A DNA stretch of 64,000 nt from Chiloscyllium plagiosum (lineage: Eukaryota), in the NCBI RefSeq assembly GCF_004010195.1, contig NC_057757.1:1076405-1140404 (forward strand), given 5' to 3'. Below the pieces are notes generated by a model that was given only the letters and a program-made list of their open reading frames with translations, was not told the origin of the DNA and ran no database searches. Shown piece by piece: positions 63,065-64,000 of this stretch. How positions within the stretch are numbered: the first letter of the stretch is position 1; each line of letters starts with the position of its first letter. Made by a program: the position numbers and the translations under genes.

Positions 63065-64000
63065 ACCTGGATGTTGCCTGGTCTGGAGGGAAGGTCTTAT
63101 GAGGAAAGGCTGAGAGACTTGGGTCTGTTCTCATTGGAAAGAAGAAGGCTAAGGGGGATTTGATAGAGACATACAAGATCATCAGATGATTAGATAGGGG
63201 AGACAGTGGAAGTCTTTTTCCAAAGATGATGATGTCGGTTTTTATGAGGGGATATTGCTACAAATTGCAGGGTGATAGATTTAAGACAGATGTCAGAGGC
63301 AGGTTCTTTACTCAGAGGATGGTAAGGGCGTGGAGTGCCCTGCCTGCCAATGTAGTTAACTTGGCCACGTTAGGGAGATTTAAACAATCCTTGGATAAGC
63401 ACATGGATGATGATGATGATGGGATAGTGTAGGAGGATGGGCTTAGATTAGTTTACAGGTTGGTGCAACATCAAGGGCCGAAGGGCCTGTTCTGCACTGA
63501 ATTGCTCTATGTTCTATGAATGCACAGAGAGGTTATGGATTGGAAGAGTGTTTCAGGGCATTTGGAGCTTGTGAACATGACATAAAAGTTACAATACAGA
63601 AGCAGGCTATTTGTTCTAATTGGTTTCTGATGGCTCTTTTACTCCACATAAGCCTCTGTCTATCCTATTTCATCCAAACAACATAACCTTCTAATCGAAT
63701 TCTTTTCTCCTCATGTGTTTATCTATCTTCCCCTTAAAATGCATCAATGATATTTGCCTCACCTAAACCCAATGGGAGTGAATTACACAGTGTAATTCGC
63801 TACTCAGAGTCATAGAACATGGAAACAAACCCTTCGATTCAACTCGTCCATGCCTAAACTGAACTAGTCCCATTTCCTTGCGGTTGATCTATATCCCTCT
63901 AAACCTTTCCTGTTCATGTACCCATCCAGGTGCCTTTGAAATGTTATAATTGTACCCACCTCCACCAATTCACCTAGTAGTTTGTTCCACATAGGCACCA
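63065..64000. mobile_element. CR1/HER1 3' ends: 63065-63518 (+) and 63805-64000 (-)
   Basis: GRFFTQRMVRAWSALP; family tails. Confidence 0.85.

Noticed and set aside
60270..64000. Next upstream ACAP1 exon (GYLFKRASNAFKTW-type)
   Set aside because: No matching segment found by eye; a partial look-alike near 62795-62818 does not translate to the motif; the exon is presumably beyond the window

Overview
Repeat-dense vertebrate genomic DNA, very probably a shark or other elasmobranch, judged from HE1-type V-SINEs, HER1/CR1 LINEs and Deu-domain SINEs. The only host gene I can support is the 3' part of ACAP1 (ArfGAP with coiled-coil, ankyrin repeat and PH domains 1) on the minus strand. It has 12 coding exons from 60268 down to the TAA stop at 26928, all with GT-AG boundaries and consistent phases, encoding the end of the PH domain, the ArfGAP zinc finger, ankyrin repeats and the C-terminus. 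The 5' exons lie beyond the right edge. The rest is nested, decayed transposons: CR1/HER1, an older LINE with a partner SINE, Tx1/L1, Rex1, a Gmr1-like Gypsy LTR element with both LTRs, PBS, PPT and a 4-bp TSD, two solo LTRs and a TA-flanked MITE holding a 42-bp minisatellite. The most notable unexplained signal is a set of more than a dozen short Penelope-like terminal repeats, often palindromic with 14-16 bp TSDs. They carry minimal hammerhead-ribozyme cores (CUGANGA-A-stem II-GAAA-palindromic stem III) in at least two families with covarying stems, and several lie in sense orientation inside ACAP1 introns. Family names come from my recognition of motifs, not from database searches. TE boundaries are approximate unless a TSD is given.
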